Shown piece after piece: positions 60,434-64,000 of a stretch of DNA of 64,000 nucleotides. Source of the DNA: an uncultured archaeon (GTDB lineage: Archaea; Asgardarchaeota; Lokiarchaeia; Sigyniarchaeales; SOKP01). The position numbers were made by a program, and so were the translations under genes. The notes beneath the pieces were generated by a model. It did not search any database, was not told where the DNA came from, and worked only from the letters and a program-made list of their open reading frames with translations. Positions within the stretch are counted from its first letter, which is position 1. Each line of letters opens with the position of its first letter. The stretch lies in NCBI GenBank assembly GCA_964486045.1, contig CAZALK010000012.1:111206-175205 (forward strand), in the 5' to 3' direction.

Positions 60434-60529
60434 TAAATAACAAATATATTCTACTACCACATAACGATTTTTTCACTAAAAAAATTAACGAACAAAATTT
60501 ATCTTAAATAAAATAATGAATAGCACAAT

Positions 60530-61372
60530 TTGGAAGTGAGTTTAATTACAGAAACTTATGCCATTTTAACCAATGACCTAACAAAGGAATTCGGGAAAAT
60601 TGTAGCCGTAAATAACTTAAATCTAAAAATTCCTTATGGGGTCACTTATGGATTACTTGGCCCAAATGGTGCAGGAAAAACTACAACAGTAAGGATGTTA
60701 AATTCAATTATCACACCAACATCAGGGAGCGCTCAGGTTGTCGGGTATGATATTATAGATCAAAGTAAGCAGGTGAAGATTAATTCTGGATTTCTTCCAG
60801 AAACACCTGGATTATATCAGAAATTAACCGCAAAGGAATTTTTAGAATTTGTAGGAGAGTTGTATTACCTGCCTAAAGAAGTTATATTTTCCCGCATTGA
60901 TGAATTATTAGGTATTTTTGACTTAAAAGGTCGTGAAAATGATCTTCTGGAAGGATATAGTAGAGGAATGAAGCAAAAAGTATGTTTATGTGCAGCTTTA
61001 ATACAAGATCCAAAGATTATCTTCTTAGATGAACCAACATCTAATCTAGATCCAGCAGCTGCAAGAATGGTGAAAGATCTGATATCTGATCTTGCAAAAA
61101 AAGCAGATAAAACAATTTTTATCTGTACTCATCTTCTTGATGCTGCAGAAGAACTATGTGATCTAATTGGAATAATTAGTGATGGAGTTTTAAAAGTAGA
61201 GGGAAGTCCAAGAGAGATAATTGAATCTGCAAAAGCAGGAAATTTGGAGGATGCCTATCTTAAAATAATGGGTGTTTCTCATATTGAGGATTTATTAGCG
61301 TGGAGAGAAAAAGTCCCAAGAAGATACAACAAAGATGAAAAGAAGAAAATAAAGAAAGGAAAGAAATATTAA
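60530..61372 (+). CDS. ABC transporter ATP-binding protein (no adjacent permease)
   Basis: GPNGAGKTT, YSRGMKQK, LDEPT. Confidence 0.93.
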   Translation: MEVSLITETYAILTNDLTKEFGKIVAVNNLNLKIPYGVTYGLLGPNGAGKTTTVRMLNSIITPTSGSAQVVGYDIIDQSKQVKINSGFLPETPGLYQKLTAKEFLEFVGELYYLPKEVIFSRIDELLGIFDLKGRENDLLEGYSRGMKQKVCLCAALIQDPKIIFLDEPTSNLDPAAARMVKDLISDLAKKADKTIFICTHLLDAAEELCDLIGIISDGVLKVEGSPREIIESAKAGNLEDAYLKIMGVSHIEDLLAWREKVPRRYNKDEKKKIKKGKKY

Positions 61373-61517
61373 TAGAATGGAACTCTGGAAACAAATCACT
61401 AAGTATGAGATTAGGTTAAAGACGAGTCTTTTCGTTAAGCATAGAGTAAAAATTCTTATTCCTCTTAAAATTGAGTAAAATAAATAAAATTTAGACGTTT
61501 GAAAATAATAAAGGAAT

Positions 61518-63338
61518 CTATTTAATATAACTCCCAAACCCGGGGAACTTCTTTAATTGATCTGAATTAAAGATTGGACCATCTTTGCAAACAGAAATAT
61601 CATGATTATCTCCCACGCAGCACGATCCACATAAACCCACTCCACATTTCATTTTTCTTTCAAGAGATGCTTGAATTTTAATATTTTTTAATTCAGAAAT
61701 GTCTAATACTTTTTTCATCATAACTTCCGGACCACATGTAAGAATTAAATCTATATTGTTATCCGTTATTATTTCTTCAATGCTGTCGGTTACAAAACAT
61801 TTTCTACCAAAAGAACCATCATCAGTAGTACATAATGTATTAGGAATTAGCTCCAATAATCTATCAGCAAAGACCAGTGAGGCTTTATCTTTTGCTCCTA
61901 TATTGACAAAGATATTTTTTTCAGTAACCTTTAATGATTCAACAAGTGATGTAACGGCAGCAATTCCCATTCCACCGCCTACAATAAGAATATTTGTAGC
62001 ATTTTCATAGCTCCATGGGTTTCCAAATGGACCTCTTATGCCAATAGAACTCCCTGCTTCAAGATCAAATAACCTAGCGGTTCCCTCGCCAATTTTTTGA
62101 ACTGTAATTTCAATGAGATTTCCTTCTACTTTTGAAATTGACATTGGTAAAAAATCTATATCTGGGAGCCACAAAAATACAAACATTCCTGGTTTATACG
62201 CTTTAGCTATCCTCTCATTTCTCAAAGTAAAGCTCTTAATGGAGGATGAGTGTTCTGTTATTGATTCAATTTTAATAATATTTGTTTTATACCTAGTAAT
62301 ATCTAAAACTAAATCTTCCTTAGTTTTTTGAAGAGTTTTAGTTTTAAGCATTCCTCTTTCAATGGCTAAATCATATATCTTCTTTCCTCTTTCCGTTCTA
62401 ATAATCAATGTTTTCCAGCCATCTTCACTGCCTATATTGCCTATAGAAATATCTGCAAATGAGGATGTATAGTCAGAACATGAAAAGCAAGCATTCCGAA
62501 TTGATTTATCATAAATATAATTTAATGGAATCTCTTTTATCCCAGACTTTGTATGGATCTTCATTTTAAATGTATTTTTTTCAGCATCTACTTTAATAAT
62601 TTCGTCAGCACTTACTTCATATTCACTAAAACATTGGCTCAAAAGTTGATTGTAATAAGTTCCAAAACAAAAAGTCCCAATTGCCAGTGTGATTAGATCA
62701 TATGCCTCATAATCAAACATAGGGTGATATTGTATTTTCCTTAATGATTGAATTTGACAAGGAGTCCCAACGACTGCAATGTCGCTAAATTCTTTATTAA
62801 TAGCATCCCCTACAAGCGATATTGTTGGACTCTGGCTTGGTTTGTAGCCTACTCCTTTGAAAATTTGCTGTTGATTTTCTGCGATTATAGGAAACGGTAT
62901 AAATTTTTCATCTTTATCAGTTATTATCGAACAATCAATTAAACCTGCTTTCAATGCTGTATATAGTAAAGTTGTGATTGGACCTGCCTCTAGGGGTACT
63001 TTTTCTCTTGCTTTGTCTGTTAACTGCACTGTAACTATGTCTAAATAATGTCCTAAAATTTTGTCTTGCACTTTTCCAAATACCCATTGATCAAGTACTG
63101 ACAAGGGAATTTGTTCTATTCCCGTTTTTGGGCATAAATTATAGCATAAACCATATCCATCTCTACAAGTGTTGCTATCTTTACAGGAACCATCTTCAAT
63201 AGGAATTTCTTTTTGAGAATCAAATTTAATATTTGCACAAAATGCACCACACGCTCCACAATATACACATTTACCGGTTCTTATAATTTCAGAATCCAAT
63301 TCTCCCCAACCCTTTTTAATCCTATTAAGATACATCAT
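61518..63338 (-). CDS. FrhB/FdhB-like F420-binding subunit fused to a PyrK-like FAD/NAD(P)/[2Fe-2S] electron-transfer domain
   Basis: CVYCGAC, VGTPCQ, GTFC, C..C.D....ADIS.G; then RGPFG, GGGMG, CGPE, CGVGLCGSC. Confidence 0.85.
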   Translation of the reverse strand: MMYLNRIKKGWGELDSEIIRTGKCVYCGACGAFCANIKFDSQKEIPIEDGSCKDSNTCRDGYGLCYNLCPKTGIEQIPLSVLDQWVFGKVQDKILGHYLDIVTVQLTDKAREKVPLEAGPITTLLYTALKAGLIDCSIITDKDEKFIPFPIIAENQQQIFKGVGYKPSQSPTISLVGDAINKEFSDIAVVGTPCQIQSLRKIQYHPMFDYEAYDLITLAIGTFCFGTYYNQLLSQCFSEYEVSADEIIKVDAEKNTFKMKIHTKSGIKEIPLNYIYDKSIRNACFSCSDYTSSFADISIGNIGSEDGWKTLIIRTERGKKIYDLAIERGMLKTKTLQKTKEDLVLDITRYKTNIIKIESITEHSSSIKSFTLRNERIAKAYKPGMFVFLWLPDIDFLPMSISKVEGNLIEITVQKIGEGTARLFDLEAGSSIGIRGPFGNPWSYENATNILIVGGGMGIAAVTSLVESLKVTEKNIFVNIGAKDKASLVFADRLLELIPNTLCTTDDGSFGRKCFVTDSIEEIITDNNIDLILTCGPEVMMKKVLDISELKNIKIQASLERKMKCGVGLCGSCCVGDNHDISVCKDGPIFNSDQLKKFPGFGSYIK

Positions 63339-63339
63339 T

Positions 63340-63965
63340 TTAGTTCTCCTCCTTTAGTTTTCTTTCAAAATCTTGAGCTTCCTTTTTGCCAAATTCAAAT
63401 GCTTCCATATTTTTCTCTATTGTGGAGCCTGGTACAAATTCTTTTAAAGTTTCAATCGCAGATTCTTCAGAAATTATGCCAGAAAGTATCGTAAACGCTC
63501 CAAAAAGGATTGAATTTCCAAAAACAATATTCCCAAATTTCTCAACTGCTATTTTTTGAACAGGAATACTTAACGCTTTTTTGATTTTATCTGCGGTACT
63601 AAATTTCTCAATTGTAGAGGGATCCCAAATTAAATATCCTGTGTTTTCACCTTTCTTAAAATAATTAGGATTAACACCGGCAGCTGATTCCCCGGACAGT
63701 ACTATTAAAAAATCATATGGTCTCAAAGCTTGAGGATAATCGATAGATTTCACATTTTTATCTAAATCGACTACCACTTCCGCCCAACAACGGCCTCCTC
63801 TTGCTGAAGCGGAATAGGCCTCAGTTTGTGTGGCTGCTAAGTTTTCATAAAGTGAAGCAGCAGTAATTATCATTTTACTTAGGGTTATGACTCCTTAATC
63901 ACTATGAGGAAATCTCAAAAATTTTGACCGCCATACCCCGCAATACGTATTTCATATCTTGCCAA
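63340..63965 (-). CDS. 2-oxoacid:ferredoxin oxidoreductase gamma subunit (KorC/PorG-like, 198 aa); exons 63965-63924 and 63894-63340
   Basis: Spliced N-terminus MARYEIRIAGYGGQGVITLSKM; TEAYSASARGG, N.EAFE.G; GGAGGAG upstream of TTG. Confidence 0.9.
63895..63923 (-). other. BHB-like intron (29 nt) in the gamma-subunit CDS
   Basis: Helix GGTC/GATT, bulge AAA, inner stem TGAG/CTCA, outer stem TATGGC/GTCATA; in-frame TGA and frameshift if retained. Confidence 0.85.
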
Positions 63966-63968
63966 TCT

Positions 63969-64000
63969 TTACTTCTCCTCCATTGCTATTTTCTTTATTT
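63969..64000 (-). CDS. Probable 3' end of an upstream gene (perhaps another oxidoreductase subunit)
   Basis: ...IKKIAMEEK* ends 3 nt before the TTG start of the gamma subunit. Confidence 0.4.
   Translation of the reverse strand, partial: IKKIAMEEK

Noticed and set aside
2152-63494. Numerous short antisense or overlapping ORFs in the track (e.g. 2152..2526, 12555..12872, 25700..26062, 39939..40352, 61699..62010)
   Set aside because: They shadow well-supported genes and have no motifs.
1-64000. CRISPR arrays, transposases, integrases, rRNA
   Set aside because: None recognised by eye or in the ORF translations.

Overview
AT-rich archaeal chromosomal window. Gene content points to an Asgard archaeon of the Lokiarchaeia type (inference): Rag- and Arf-like small GTPases, longin/uDENN-like proteins, an archaeal histone, Ftr, F420-dependent enzymes and a eukaryote-like SECIS. 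The main result is a set of short bulge-helix-bulge (BHB)-type introns inside protein-coding genes. Two 30-nt introns interrupt a histone gene (1498-1773) that the ORF track misses. A 29-nt intron splits the GGQ|G motif of a 2-oxoacid:ferredoxin oxidoreductase gamma subunit (63340-63965). A similar 30-nt BHB intron sits in the T-loop of tRNA-His. Cutting at the BHB-predicted positions restores each expected product exactly. Also found: an unannotated peroxiredoxin-like selenoprotein with two in-frame UGA codons (UxxU) and a 3' SECIS-like hairpin, and an Arf/Rag/Arf GTPase cluster facing a longin-PAS-GAF-PAS protein with a folliculin/SMCR8-like ARG motif. The rest is mostly metabolic and transport genes. 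All calls come from reading the sequence by eye; no searches were run.
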